A DNA stretch of 64,000 bases from positions 18,290,001 through 18,354,000 of the forward strand of contig CM060734.1 in NCBI GenBank assembly GCA_030704615.1, given 5' to 3'. Numbering within the stretch: position 1 is the stretch's first letter; each line of letters begins with the position of its first letter. The translations under genes and the position numbers were made by a program. This stretch comes from Takakia lepidozioides. Lineage: Eukaryota; Plantae; Bryophyta. Of the stretch, positions 1 through 12,169 are shown in pieces. Below the pieces are notes generated by a model. The model was not told the DNA's origin, ran no database searches, and saw only the letters and a list, made by a program, of their open reading frames with translations.

Positions 1-2189
1 GACGAGTCCAACATTGTGCCTTCTGCTGATTTACGCAGGACAAAGCCCTGAGTCACATCTGGCCTTTCTGGGTACCGATATGCTTTAGACTAGAGGAATA
101 GACAAGCCCAGGGTGGGGAGGGAAGTTGTGGTTTCAACTTTTACCTTTGGCTTGCAAGGTCCTTCAAATCAAACTGATGGAATGTATTGTAGCTATGTAT
201 CTGTATATCGTCTGTAACCATCACACTACCCAGTGCTATAAATTTTTGAAACTTTTAATGCTTTATCTACTTACATGTTGCTCCGCACTACTAGTGACGA
301 CTTTTGAAAACAATGTTCCTTTTTTACAAAAAGTTTAACGTTTGTTTCATTTTGATTGCAAATATATTTCATATGAAAGAGAATAAAAATAATGTAAACA
401 CTTAATGCATGCTTGTGATCTAATGGTACTTTCGTCGGATTTGGTTCCTTCAACTTTGTTGAGAAAAAGGGGGTACTAAGTCAATCCGTTACTTATCCTC
501 CCAAGTTGCTCTTATTACGACCATTAGAAGGTGTTTATCTTCCAAACAGAATGCGGTAGCCATTTAGAGTGAAGTGACACCAAGTTACTTGTGTATGGAA
601 TATTTTTTGACCACAAACCCTGTCCCTGTTCCGCCCAGCTGTCCCTGTCACACCCATAACAAACCCTGTCACACCCATAACAACATCAACGCGTTGTTCT
701 TCATCAACGTGATGTTCCCAAATATGCTTCTAACCAAAGCATCTTCCCAAATATGCTTCTCTTTAAAGCATCTTCCAAATATGCTTTCATACTTGTTAAC
801 AACCACTAGTGGTTGTTAACAACCACTTGTTCCGAACATCCCACTTGTTAACAACTAGTTGTTCCCAACATCCTACTTGTTATTGCACCTACTTGTTCCC
901 AACTTGCTGTCCATTTCCAGGAGGCATTCATATTCATGCCACACATACATGTCATATTATCAGATCCATGGTTTCAGATGCCTATGTATATGTCATGCCA
1001 CACATGACTATTTTATTGCCCCGCATATCCAATTGCCACATAAGTGGGGCCCAACGGGCCACTCAGGCGACCACTTCTACTTGCGGTCGCCCGGCACAAC
1101 CCTGGGCGACCGCTCCAGCGGTCGCCCCGCCACAGAGGCGACCGTCGAAACCGTCACCCACGGTCACCGTGCTTGCTTCATCACCCCCGGGCGACCGCAC
1201 CGCCAGTCGCCCAATCTCCTGTCGGACCGGCTCACCCGTGGGCCCCACCGAGGACCGCCACTGTGGGACCGCCAGGCCGGACCGCCGAGCGCCGACGTGG
1301 ACCGCCCTGGAAGTTGATATGGAGGCGGTCCGCTTCGTCCGCCCGGTGGGTGTCTCGAGGAACGATACTCGCAACGCACACCCTTGCACAGGTATCACCT
1401 GCAAATCGTCGCCCTATTGCATATACCATCAGAGGTATAGTCTGCAATCCATTGCCTACATCCCTGTTGTGGTATCGCCTGTAAGTCCATGCCCTGCTCC
1501 ATGCCCTCCTTGAGGCATGGTCTTTCATTGAAGATGTACATCACTTTAGAGGTATCACCAAGACTTTGCGCTGGAGTTATTTTGACGGGCGACCGTTGTG
1601 ACGGTCGCCATTGTCATTCTTAAAAGGGCGACGGGCAATGGTTGTCGCCCGTTATGTAGGTGAAGCATGTGACGGTGATGCGTAGTTCTCATTCGCTGCG
1701 TTCGCCTTTGCAAAGGACCCGAAAGCCGTCGCCCGGTATTTTGTTTTGGTGGGCGATTGTTGAAACGGCCGCCCAAGGCCGGTGGGATGTAAGCTCGGGA
1801 CATGGAGTCAATCATCCTAAAATGGCGGAGGCGTTGGATTCCACAGTAACAGAGACCAACAGATCAAGAGTGATTGTGGGCTAGGGCACAGAGAGAGTGT
1901 GTTTGAGGCACTATTGTGCAAGAAGTATTGCATATCCTCGAAGACAACATCTGGTCCTTGATGTGAGGATATCAGTTATACATGGTTTCTGGATAGGCAA
2001 CTGTATTGGTCTTGCCTTCGATACACATTTCATTTGAAGCCTTTCGACGCTACAGATAGTTTGGATTTGTGCCCGAGGGGGTGTGGGAGGTAGTAGTGCC
2101 GGCGCAAAATGGTTATAATTACCTTAGACATCTATTGTTCCTCAGTTATGCAAGAATATGGAATAGCATAGCTGCAACGGGGGATGCTA

Positions 2190-4106
2190 GAGTGTGAGCC
2201 TAGCCACGCGAGCTCAGGAGCCTGTGAGCCTAGTCCACGTGGCACGAGAATGGGGGAAGATGCAGGGTGTATTTCCGCGGATGAGCACCCATTACCGCGG
2301 AAACACGGCAAATACGGAAAACCCTAATCCTAACCCTTAGCGTACTGCCATGTTCGTGAAGGAAAACCGGCTGGGAATTAAGTTGACGTCATTTCCGCAG
2401 AAACACGGCAAACACGGCAAACCGGGGAAACACTGCAAATCGGAACCTCAAACCCCTAACCCTAACCCTTAGCGAACTGCCATGTTCGTGGAGGGAAACA
2501 GGGCTGGGAATTAAGCGGGCACTAGGCAGATGAGTTCCCCCCCCCCCCCCCCCCCCCCTTTTGGTAGATGTCGTCGACGATCATCGTGAATTCATGATCA
2601 TGAAGAAATTGAGTGCGTTGACACACTCAGTTCTGTGTTTGGGGGGGGAGGGAAAAAAATAAAAAATAAAATAAAATTGGGTTCCCCCTCCTCCCCCCCG
2701 GGAGAACTGAGTGTGTCAACGCACTCAATTTCTTCATGATCATGATTTCAGGATGATCATCGACGACAGGTGCGGGTCCGGATTTTCACCCCAGGTACTC
2801 GGCGGGTTTTGGGGGGGGGGGGAATCTCTCCCCCCGAGAACTGAGTGCGTCAACACACTCAATTTTTTCATGATCATGATTTCAGGATGATCATTGACAA
2901 CATCGACGACAGTGTTGTGCGGGTCCGGATTTTCACCCCGGGTACCCGGCGGGTTAGGGTTAGCGTTTTTTTTATTGGCGATTTTTTGCCATTTGGCCGC
3001 CTGAAAATCCCCTTAGCGAATGAAACAAAGGGAAAAAGAGGTCCAAATAAGGCAGTTTTCGCCAAAAACTGGGGGTCTCAAAAAGGTCCTCGTCTATGGA
3101 CCCACGGGGGCAGCACGGATGTAGCCATGGTGGGCCCCATGTAAGATGATCTGACGGGCCAGATGAGGAGTGGGTTTAGGATTGTGGGGCCTCCTCCGTT
3201 TCTCAAGGAGATGCTCGTCGCCAGTCTTGCGAGAACTATACGGCTTTCAACTATTTCTGGACTTCACCTTCTATTGCTCATCAACATCCATTTGATTCGC
3301 AAAATATGGCAAGGGTGGAAATACATGTAGCCTACCAATTCGAGGAAAATTACCTAGAGTGGGCCACTACCCTACACCCAATATATATAGCCACTCCTAC
3401 CTGTTTTCAAAATCCCTAAAAAAAACCCTGGTTAGGATCCGGGTTACCTATCCGGATCCAAACCCGTGCCATCACCAAAAACTCGGACCTTGACCCGGGT
3501 TCATTTTAAAACCGGACCCAGACCCGCTAGCTAGGTCTAGAACCCGTTAAACCTGCTACTCGCGGGCCAGAGTTGGTATAGCCATCTCCCCTAGTTCACT
3601 AGTTGACTTTCTAGAGAGTTCTACTTTCTAGATAGTTCTACTATTGTCGGTGGGTTGAAAAGCAACTCACTAGTGGGTGTGGCTGCTGCAGGAGTATACT
3701 TATAGGAACAGTGACCACAGAAGGTTGGGGCTTGGTGAGAGTGGGGCCAGGTGGGATCGCGGCTTGGGGCTCGTCTTCAAGGTGGAGCGCTTGGGGCTGG
3801 TGGAGGGTGGGACCAGCTGCGTGAAGTGCTTGGGGTGGGAGTGCTTGGGGTTGACAAAGTAGGGCTGGGGGGAATTGGGTCGATCGTCGTGTTTCTAAAG
3901 GGGACTCAATATGTCGTGTTTGCCGTGTTTGGAAGTTTTGCAGTGTTCACCTCGTCTTCCAAAATATACACTTCCACGGTAATAGGACCCCCTCTAAACC
4001 ATGTCCTCGGTTATAGGACTTGCTTCTCCCTCCTCTAAACCCTGGGCTCACGCTTAGAGGGCAAAGCGTGAGCCGAGCTCCTGGGCTCACGCCGTAGCTA
4101 CGCTCA
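2190..4106. mobile_element. Possible non-autonomous DNA transposon relic with imperfect terminal inverted repeats and nested repeats
   Basis: GAGTGTGAGCCTAGCCACGCGAGCTCAGGAGC at ~2190 resembles the reverse complement of GCTCCTGGGCTCACGCCGTAGCTACGCTC at ~4078-4106. AAACACGGCAAA repeats near the left end are mirrored by GTGTTTGCCGTGTTT near the right end. No clear TSD. Confidence 0.3.
2565..2960. repeat. Three copies (one inverted, two direct) of a ~70-bp unit AACTGAGTGTGTCAACGCACTCAATTTCTTCATGATCATGA...
   Basis: Inverted copy at ~2570-2635, direct copies at ~2703-2768 and ~2837-2910, separated by poly-G/poly-C runs. Confidence 0.7.
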
Positions 4107-4179
4107 GCTGCAAGGTGATGCGGAAATTCGACCCAACATTCTGTCTTTCACCATTTGGGGAGGCTCCGGTGGTATATTA

Positions 4180-4422
4180 TGTTACAAGTGTGTGGAAAGT
4201 GGATGTGGACGAGAGAAACGTACCTTGCATTTCGTGAATAGTTTGCCTCTTAACCAATTACGTTAAATTTTTGTGAGTATGCCGTAGGACGTGACTCTTC
4301 TATCTTTGCACATCCCCGGACCTACTTTCACAACTATAACATAATTCGTAGAGACGCATTCTCATTGCAGCATGCTAGGTGCGTTTGTATCGTCCACGTC
4401 CATTTTCCACATACATGTAACA
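4180..4422. repeat. Imperfect fold-back (MITE-like), ~50-bp inverted arms
   Basis: TGTTACAAGTGTGTGGAAAGTGGATGTGGACGAGAGAAACGTACC versus the reverse complement of the right arm, TGTTACATGTATGTGGAAAATGGACGTGGACGATACAAACGCACC. Confidence 0.55.
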
Positions 4423-4489
4423 GAAGGAAAGTTGTCGTGGAACGATGCACACGTATGAGGGGCGAAGGTGTAGGAACAGGATATGAGGC

Positions 4490-4840
4490 TCACGTGTAGT
4501 CTGCCATTCACTGCGAATGTCTTTACAGAGGTGGTACCCTAAAATTTACATTCGTACACCTATACAGGTATAGCCTGCCACTCGCAACCTACATCGTGAT
4601 AGAGGTATCACCTAAAAATCTAATCCATGTTGCATACACGAATAGATGTATAGTATGCCCGTCACTGCCTACATCGGTACAAAGGTATCACCCAACAATG
4701 CAATCCCTTTTTCATACATAGCAATGGAGGTATACTTTGTCAATCGTAGCCTACATCGTTACTGAGGCATCATCCGAAAGTGGACTCCATGTTTCATACA
4801 GAAGTAGAGGTATTATCTGTCATTGTCAGCCTATATCCCC
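4490..4840. repeat. Degenerate ~70-80-bp tandem repeat (GTATAG.CTGC...CCTACATC...AGAGGTATCACC); related copies at ~1385-1560
   Basis: The motifs CCTACATCG and AGAGGTATCACC recur at regular spacing. Confidence 0.55.
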
Positions 4841-5190
4841 AGTGCATGAAAGATGGTCGTGCGGGTGGCCACTCCCATTGGGTCTTGCTCTTTTCATTTG
4901 CATAGCATTTTCGAGGTTGGAAAGTCCTCCCATTTCAGTATGTTGCCAAAAAGCGATTTTAGGTTAGGGGGGCCTTAGGCTGCCCTTGTCAGGGTGGGAA
5001 TGTGATGACATATGAACCTGCACATGAAATTGCTCATGTACTGTTAAATTACAGCTCAATCAACATTCGAACATGCACCAAGGCAAAAGTGGCCAAAAGT
5101 CCACTTTTATTGCAGAAATAAAGGACTATTACATGGTATGCGAAGTAAAAAACTATTGAGCCTCATATTGCACTCATTCTCGAGGCATAA

Positions 5191-6600
5191 CTATTGTTCA
5201 ACCAATATAAATGAAGCGGCCACTTGTCTCTCTGTTGTTGCTTGTACCCCAACTGTCTCGAAATAAGCTCGCATTCCTCCTTCAAACATTGATGCCTCTC
5301 TACACTCCATTGTCATTGTCAAATGCAGCAAATACCGGCACTCCATCTCTTTAAACTGATCCTTGGCAACTTCATATGCCATATCCCAGATCACTGCTGC
5401 TTCCTGCTTCCATTAAGTATGCCAAATCAGGGAAATTGTGAGTGATGTAGCAATGCATGAAACTTTGAGACAAACATATCCATTAATCTGAATACACCGT
5501 GAACTATGATACTCCTCATGTTACTCCTCCACAAAGATTAAATAGTCACTGTGGACATGGAATACGGAGGCATGCACACGGTCTCTTAATAGCATGTTAT
5601 GTTGTTGAATGTATATACCAAAGACTGTTTATACTACAACATGACACCGACACATGGTTCTAGTATAATAACATCATGTTACAACAATGTTTAGAGACAA
5701 TTATGTACCTGTAGAAGAAGATACAACGGGTCTTGAATGACCTCATCGTCATCTACTTCTGTGTTGTGTTCCTCAGCTTCGACGTCGGCTTCGGGAAGTT
5801 CTCCTGTGTAAGAGGTGGCACGAGAGGTTGGTTAGGTAATGGACCAACATTCTCGCGAACATCATACACAGGTGGTCTCACCACCCTACAAAGCATATGG
5901 ATCCGACTTCAGGCCTGTTTGAATAACTACATGAATACAGGAAGACAACACAAACAATGGTCCGCGTAGTTTTACCCTGCTTCGCGTTCTTCAGCCTGAA
6001 AGACCACAGCTGGTACATATGCAGGTAAATTGCGTCCGTTTTGCGTTATTTTTCTCACCCTATGATGGTTCCACCATGTCACAACACGCTCTGCATCCTC
6101 TTCGATTACTGGCAAGAAAACAAGTATAAGTGAGCTTTTATGCCACATGTTGTCCATGTCAAGAATTCATGTTACCTCCATCCCTTCGAATAGGTGTTTA
6201 AAAAACCATGCCACATGTGTCCAAATCTGTCTCCAAAAATGCTTTATGCGCTGGTTGTGGCAAGACGACCCAGTCAAAAACGGTCGAGCCACCTCTGCCC
6301 GTGCATTCTCTATATCTCCACGAATCAATGCATGCTCTGGAGCATGGTCTGACCGTATTTGTATAGGGTGTCCATATTTATCGATAGCATCCTCATATCC
6401 TGCAAACAGAGTTTCTTGCTTCTTGTCCAAGGCTACTCGGAGCCAAACAATGAAATGAGTCGCTCCATCGATTCCACCGTGCAATCGGAAACCCCACCTC
6501 TTCAGTTTCTCGTATGCTGGCCAGCCAAAGGCTATCCTCATCCCGAATGCACAGGTTTAGGATGTGAGCTTTCAACTTCACGCAATGCAGTGCCACAACA
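5191..6600 (-). pseudogene. IS3EU-like (integrase-core DDE) transposase, spliced and disrupted
   Basis: ORFs 6167-6541 and 5972-6157 give YEKLKRWGFRLHGGIDG...IRSDH...GSSCHNQRIKHFW...WNHHRVRK, matching the HGGIDG / RSD / HNQRIE / WNxH signature of eukaryotic IS3-like transposases. The catalytic E is changed to K and there are frameshifts. Probable downstream exons at ~5709-5885 and 5191-5410. Confidence 0.75.
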
Positions 6601-7539
6601 ACAATGACTTCACATGCCTGCTCTGGGGGCTGCTATTTCATGAGCGGCATGATCATGAGCGGGAAAATAAAAAGCATGAGTGGGCCATTGTTTGTCCACG
6701 GAAATAGGGTTAGGAGGCACGGAAATAGGGTCATGTGGACTCGTCATAGCAATGAAATGCAACATTTTATTGCAAATTTTGTGGCAAGCCACGTCTATAC
6801 AAGTGTGTCCTAACTGTCATAGCAGGAATGGGAACTACTCTCCTACACCTTCTGAGGAACTTGGCCCTCCTTCTTCCTCATCCCCCATCCCCCCATCCTC
6901 CGAGCTCTGTGATGCATCGGTTGCAGTATGCCTCTCAAAAATGCCGTCCTCTCCTTGGGGGACTGTCCACCTCACCTCCTGGGAATCTTCTGCCTCTTCT
7001 CCCCCACTTTCCTCAGCAGAATCCAAGACTGCGAGCCCGACGGGCTCTAATAGCTGCTGCCTCCTCCCTCATCTTCATTTTCTTGAGGCTTGCCTCGTCT
7101 AAAATCTGCTGTACACGACTAGGTTCGGAACACCTCCTAATGGACACCGAAGCAAGCCGGGCAGCATAAGTAGGAAGGATGTAGTCCCTTTCTGGACTAG
7201 GCATGAAATCCCCCCTGGCAAAAAAAGCACGTTCCTCCTGCCCATGAACTCCGGTGTAGACGTCCCTCCTGCCATACTTGGCATCCTACAGTAGGAACAA
7301 ATCCACTTCAAGAATGTCAATACCAGCAGAAGCAGAAAGGGTTTTCAATGAAATAAAAGAGCGAAGGGAGGTGCCTCACGAAATCTGGAGGCAACTTACA
7401 ATGCGACCACTCACTCGTACACCGGGGGCTCCTCGGCCTCGATCCCAACTTGTTCCTCCCCCTGCTCCTTCTCGGATTTTTCCTCATCCTCCGAGGATGC
7501 CTCTTCCTCTTTTGGTAGACGTTCAGCCGCTGCAAGTTC

Positions 7540-8333
7540 CGAGTTGTGGAGGGCAGTATCTGGCTCGAAGGCGAACACATGCCTGTCGGACAACGTCCCT
7601 GCCCACATTGAAGCACCTGAGGAACAAAGCGGGCGGTTAATAGCTTGCGGCATGCAATTGCAATCAGGCCAGGGGACAAACTGAGCACGTGATGGCTTAC
7701 CCGTGCCGCATGTGAGGTCCAGAATCCGCCCTTGGATATCCGAGCATGTCTCCATGAGGGTTTGGATGAAAGCAGGGCTCTGGGTCCGGCTGTACCGCCA
7801 CGGTTTGTCTGTCTTTGTGTCCTTCGGCATACTGGAGTGGGGCACATAGTTGTAGAGGACATCATAGGTAACAGGGTCCACAGCGGCATCAATAAGACGA
7901 CCGTCGTTGCGGAATTTGAACGTAGACCCTCTCTTCACAAAGCAATATGCCTCATGTCTGCACATCCAACAAAAGAGGGATCAACTCCGGGATCTAGTTT
8001 AGATACACCACAATATGAGGTGAATGCAATAGATTGATAACTTACACTTTGGCCCTCTGTTCGCAATCCCTGTGTATTGATGCAGAACCATTTTCTGAGG
8101 AGGACCGGGGTGACACTTTTCGGTGTCCATCTTCCCACCGCATTCTCTGTGGTCTTCCCTCTTGTGGCAAGGGCAACCACACATCCACCGTCATCCAGGA
8201 GCATCCCCGCCAGCCCAAACCCGGCTTTCCAGTAGTCCTCAGTAAACCTGTTCCAGGTGGGCACACCATCCAGGCCCTCCAGCAGCTCCCCATCTGGAAT
8301 GTCGAGGAGAATCATATCGCAAGCTCTCTCCAC
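7540..8333 (-). CDS. Beta-class amino (N6-adenine/N4-cytosine) DNA methyltransferase-like domain
   Basis: Motif IV-like CDMILLDIPDG comes first. After a spacer come motif X/I-like QSPAFIQTLMETCSDIQGRILDLTCGTG and ASMWAGTLSDRHVFAFEPD. Removing the GT-AG intron 7617-7700 joins LDLTCGTG directly to ASMWAG, which parallels the bacterial consensus LDPFxGSGTT...GR.FIGIE.D. Confidence 0.7.
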
Positions 8334-8894
8334 CTCAACCCCCCCCCCCCCCCCCCCGAGTGCTCTTGCAATCCGTGCTCACAGCCGTGAAGAATTCCAT
8401 CATGGCTTCAAAACCAGGGGTGTCTTTAGGCTCTGTACCGGCAGCCCTCTTCTTGGCTTTCCCCTTCTGCTCCGCCAGAGACTTGTTGTGTGCCACCTTC
8501 TTCGCCCTGGCAGCGAGAGCGTCAAGGAAGCTCTCATTGACGCATTGGATGATGGTTGGAGGTTCTAGCTTTGGCCTGTGCGTAAACGTCACCGCCGAAT
8601 ACCGCCGTGTAGGCTCGCCCTCAAATGCCAACTTCTTGGCAGAGCCAGTCCCACTCCGAACTGACTTGGGAACCCGGACGACCGGTGACTTGGTAGCAGT
8701 AACAGCAGTCGCAGGACCTTGAACAAAGTCGTCGTCCGAGTCACTCCTTTGGGTCCCCTCCTGCGCCTCCTCCGATGCCCCGATGGTTTTCTGTTTTTTG
8801 GGTGTTACTGTACTTACCTGTTTCCTTGTCCTTAAAGACAGATGACATTTCCCCAAAAGGGAGAACTTGCAGTATCTGCATTCATGAAAAACAC

Positions 8895-9345
8895 AATGAG
8901 GTCCCTGAACTGCAAATTCGGCACCATTTTCCCAGGTTGGGGCGGATCTGACTGGGCCTAGAAATGGAAAAATGGCGCTGAATTTCGGTTTTTGGTGACT
9001 GCCACCCTAGGGACTTAGCCATCTTGGGAGCCCGGAACTGGAAATTCGGCGCCATTTTTCTCGGTTTGGCCCGAAAATGGCTAAGTTCCAAAACTGCCAG
9101 GGCCTAAAACTCGAAAAATGGCGCCGAATTTCAGTTTTTTCTGCCAGCCACCCTAGGGACTTAGCCATTTTCGGAGCCCTGAACTGGAAATTCGGCGCCA
9201 TTTTCCCTGGTCCGGCCCGAAAATGGCTAAGTCCCAGAACGGTAATAGGGCCTAGAACTGGAAAAATGGCGTTGAATTTCTAGTTCAGGGCCAGGGACTT
9301 AGCCATTTTCGGAGCCCTGAACTGGAAATTCGGCGCCATTTTCCC
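8895..9345. repeat. ~145-bp tandem repeat (about 3 copies) with GAAATTCGGCGCC cores, inside an intron-like gap of the MTase gene
   Basis: GGGACTTAGCCAT...GAACTGGAAATTCGGCGCCATTTT recurs at ~9010, 9156 and 9294. Confidence 0.75.
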
Positions 9346-11689
9346 AAAGACCAATTTTCATGCGCCACATGAGGCCTCTAACATCCTGAAATGCAAGGAC
9401 TTGAAAGGAAGGCATCGCGTATGTACCTGTACAGAAGGCGCATTGCTGCTTTGTCCGCGTTCGGTTGGTCGGTGAACTCGTGGCTCCGTCGAGCATGGGG
9501 TATCTCCCGAAAGAATAGGTCGGTTTTGTAGAGCAGAAAGTACCTCGTCACATAGTCGCGTAGGCTCTCTGCTGCAAGAGAAATCTCCATCTTGAACTGA
9601 TGTGCTTGTGTGTCTAGCTGCTCTTGCGCATTCGTCGTCACTTGTGGAGATTCTCCATCAGATCGCTTTCCTCAAAAAATACAATGAATCCACCCCTACA
9701 AGAGTAGAAGCGCCAAACGAGCGTGGGGAAGTACCTGAAACCACCATTTCATGCGGTTCATCCACATGTCGAATGTGGGGTCAGACAGTTTGTCCGGTTT
9801 GGGGAAGCTCCACATGTCCCTTGTACTTTGGGAACCATTCCAGATTTGGAGCCACCGGGTCTGTCCAACCACCCAGCATATTCGTAAGCGCCAAACACCA
9901 CAAAAACGAGTTGTTGCCACCACAATTTGGTTAAGAATGTATCACCTTTTCTGTTGCATCCACACAGGATGTGGCTAGACGATGGAGCTTCTCCAATGTC
10001 ATCGTGGGCTTCAGAGCGCGGGAGTAGTGCTTCCCCACCTCCACCAGAAAGTCGGCACTAAGGGCGGGATCAGCTATGGCCACGTACTTTACCATCCGCA
10101 ACTTGTACTTTATGCGGGCCCTGGCCTCCGCAGCTTTGAGATACGATTCGAGTGCCGGGAGGGTTAGATTCTTCTCCTCTGACTCCATGTAGAACCTCCG
10201 CGCATGTGCCAAATCCTGCTGAATTTTCGTCTGTCAAGAATGCGCACATAAGATTAGAGATCCTGCTCAACACTTTTTCTTCTATTGGGGGAGGAGAGAC
10301 ACATTAGCTCAACAAAACAGTGAGGAGCTTTACCCGAAATATGTAGTCCACCATGGCGTCCATGCTTAGCCTATACCGCCTCTGACATGACATCTGCTGC
10401 AGAGGGGTTCTCCGGCAGCCCACCAGGACCGCCAAATCCAGCCTGTATGCTGTGGGTTTGGGGCCTAGGGATGTCCGGGAGGATGTCATCCTGGTCAGAA
10501 AGCTCCCTGTCGTCCTCCTCAACATGGTCAGCCACCGGCGAAACCACCTCGAGCACTCTCCCTGTCTGTACTGCCCTCTCCCCGGCTTCACCTCGAACTG
10601 GCACAATCCGTGCTCTTTCTGGTGTTCTTTCCTCTCCTCCACTCTCCACCGTATGGGTAATTGCAGGGGCTGCTCTTGCCCGCGATGGTCTAACCGGTGT
10701 GTTACTGCCTCTTTGTGGTGTCTTGGAGGGATCCACCGTCTCTGTGCGTCCCTCGCTTACATTGGCATCTGTCATTTGGGCACCCCTGGCCTCTTCACTA
10801 GCCTTTTCTCTTTCCTCCTGGCTAGCATTCTGTCTCGCCTGTTCTTTTTCCCTCTCACGGGCTTTCTGTTTCTTACTAGGGCTAGCAGCAGGGGAGCCCT
10901 CCAGGACGACCACCTTTGATTGAGGCGAACTGACACCCTCGCGCGCACTGCTCACTCCCCCCTCCGCAGCCCGTGACGGCTCTCTCGCCGGGGATTGCAT
11001 GTGCTTAGCTTTCTTCTTCTTCTTTGCGTGGGCGGGCCCTACTGCATGTGCATCAACAACCTCCATTGCCGGATCTGCTGTCCTCACGCCTTTCACCTGC
11101 CATGCCGCCTGCACCAACCTCCCCAATGCCTATTCTGTCGTACTCTCGCTGCAGGTCCTCCCGTCCACCAACAAAAGGTTTAAGTTTGCCCTCTCGCCCC
11201 AAGTTGGGCGATTCAAACATGCGATGAGTTGGAGTTGTCGATGATACCACCAGCGTGCCGGGCTCGTCGTCACTCTGTCATTCCCAAAAATCGTGAGAAC
11301 CAACATCGGTGCCAAAACCAACATCGCAACGAGCAGCGCAACCACCATAGCAACAATCGTGGAACAACAATGAAAACAAATCCAACCAATGCCTAAGAAT
11401 GACATGCACAAGCAGCCTTCTCCAGAGCTGCCGGCTTTACACACGCATTGCAAACTATGTAAGGTTCACTCAACCGGTAATATGAAACACGATGAACAAA
11501 TGATCAGGAATTCCATAAGACGGGAAAACAGGGTGAAATGTTTTGAAGGCACTTCATCTGCTCAAACATTCTTCTCAGTTCAGCATGGATTTCCTTAATT
11601 TATAACCACTCAGACCTTGATCATTCTTCGCAACAGCTCCTGCTTTAGTGATGCAACCATACGCTTCCAGCGATGCCAGGATGAAGATG

Positions 11690-11762
11690 CGAAAACAAAG
11701 CGAAACAACAAAGCGAAAGCGAAAGCAAAAGCAAAAGCGAAAGCGAACAAAGCGAAAGCAGA
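11690..11762 (+). repeat. (AAAGCR)n hexamer microsatellite
   Basis: AAAGCGAAAGCGAAAGCAAAAGCAAAAGCGAAAGCG. Confidence 0.85.
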
Positions 11763-12169
11763 AGTAGCTTGCCTGAGAGTACTCGGCTTCAGTTGGCGCG
11801 GGTTGTGAGCAAGACACTGGAATCTCCTGCTGGAGCTTAAGTTTGGCCATGCGAGAGATTGGCCGTCGTCCAAAGTACAAAGCTCTCAACTTCCGCCGCG
11901 GTCTGGATGTGGGGTCTCTCTCAAGAGAGCCACGCCCTTCAGGCGGCATAAGTCCCAGCCAAAAAGAAAAAAGATCTCAGTTTTTTGGGGAACATGCCTC
12001 GAATAGAAATAAATCCAAGTTTAGCATCAGATTTAGGGTACGTATCGAGGAAGCAACCGCGGAATCCCTGTATCGCCAGACCGAATCAAAACGGACGGCG
12101 GTGGACATTTAATGCCCAACTACGCAATTAAATGTCGGATGAAGCCCTCCCTGTCGGATGAAATGTGAC

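Larger units (their letters stand above)
6835..11250 (-). pseudogene. Large multi-exon TE-associated gene: charged low-complexity N-terminus, helical middle, C-terminal methyltransferase-like domain
   Basis: A chain of minus-strand ORFs (10371-11126, 9931-10212, 9696-9923, 9378-9641, 8335-8856, 7935-8333, 7411-7965, 7013-7204, 6835-7026) is separated by GT-AG intron-like gaps, stops and a poly-C frameshift at ~8339-8357. Confidence 0.6.

Noticed and set aside
809-1528. Overlapping ORFs up to 234 aa
   Set aside because: GC-rich GCGACCG repeat sequence open in several frames with no protein motif.
7540-8333. Bacterial restriction-modification contamination
   Set aside because: A spliceosomal intron interrupts motif I and the gene is contiguous with plant TEs.
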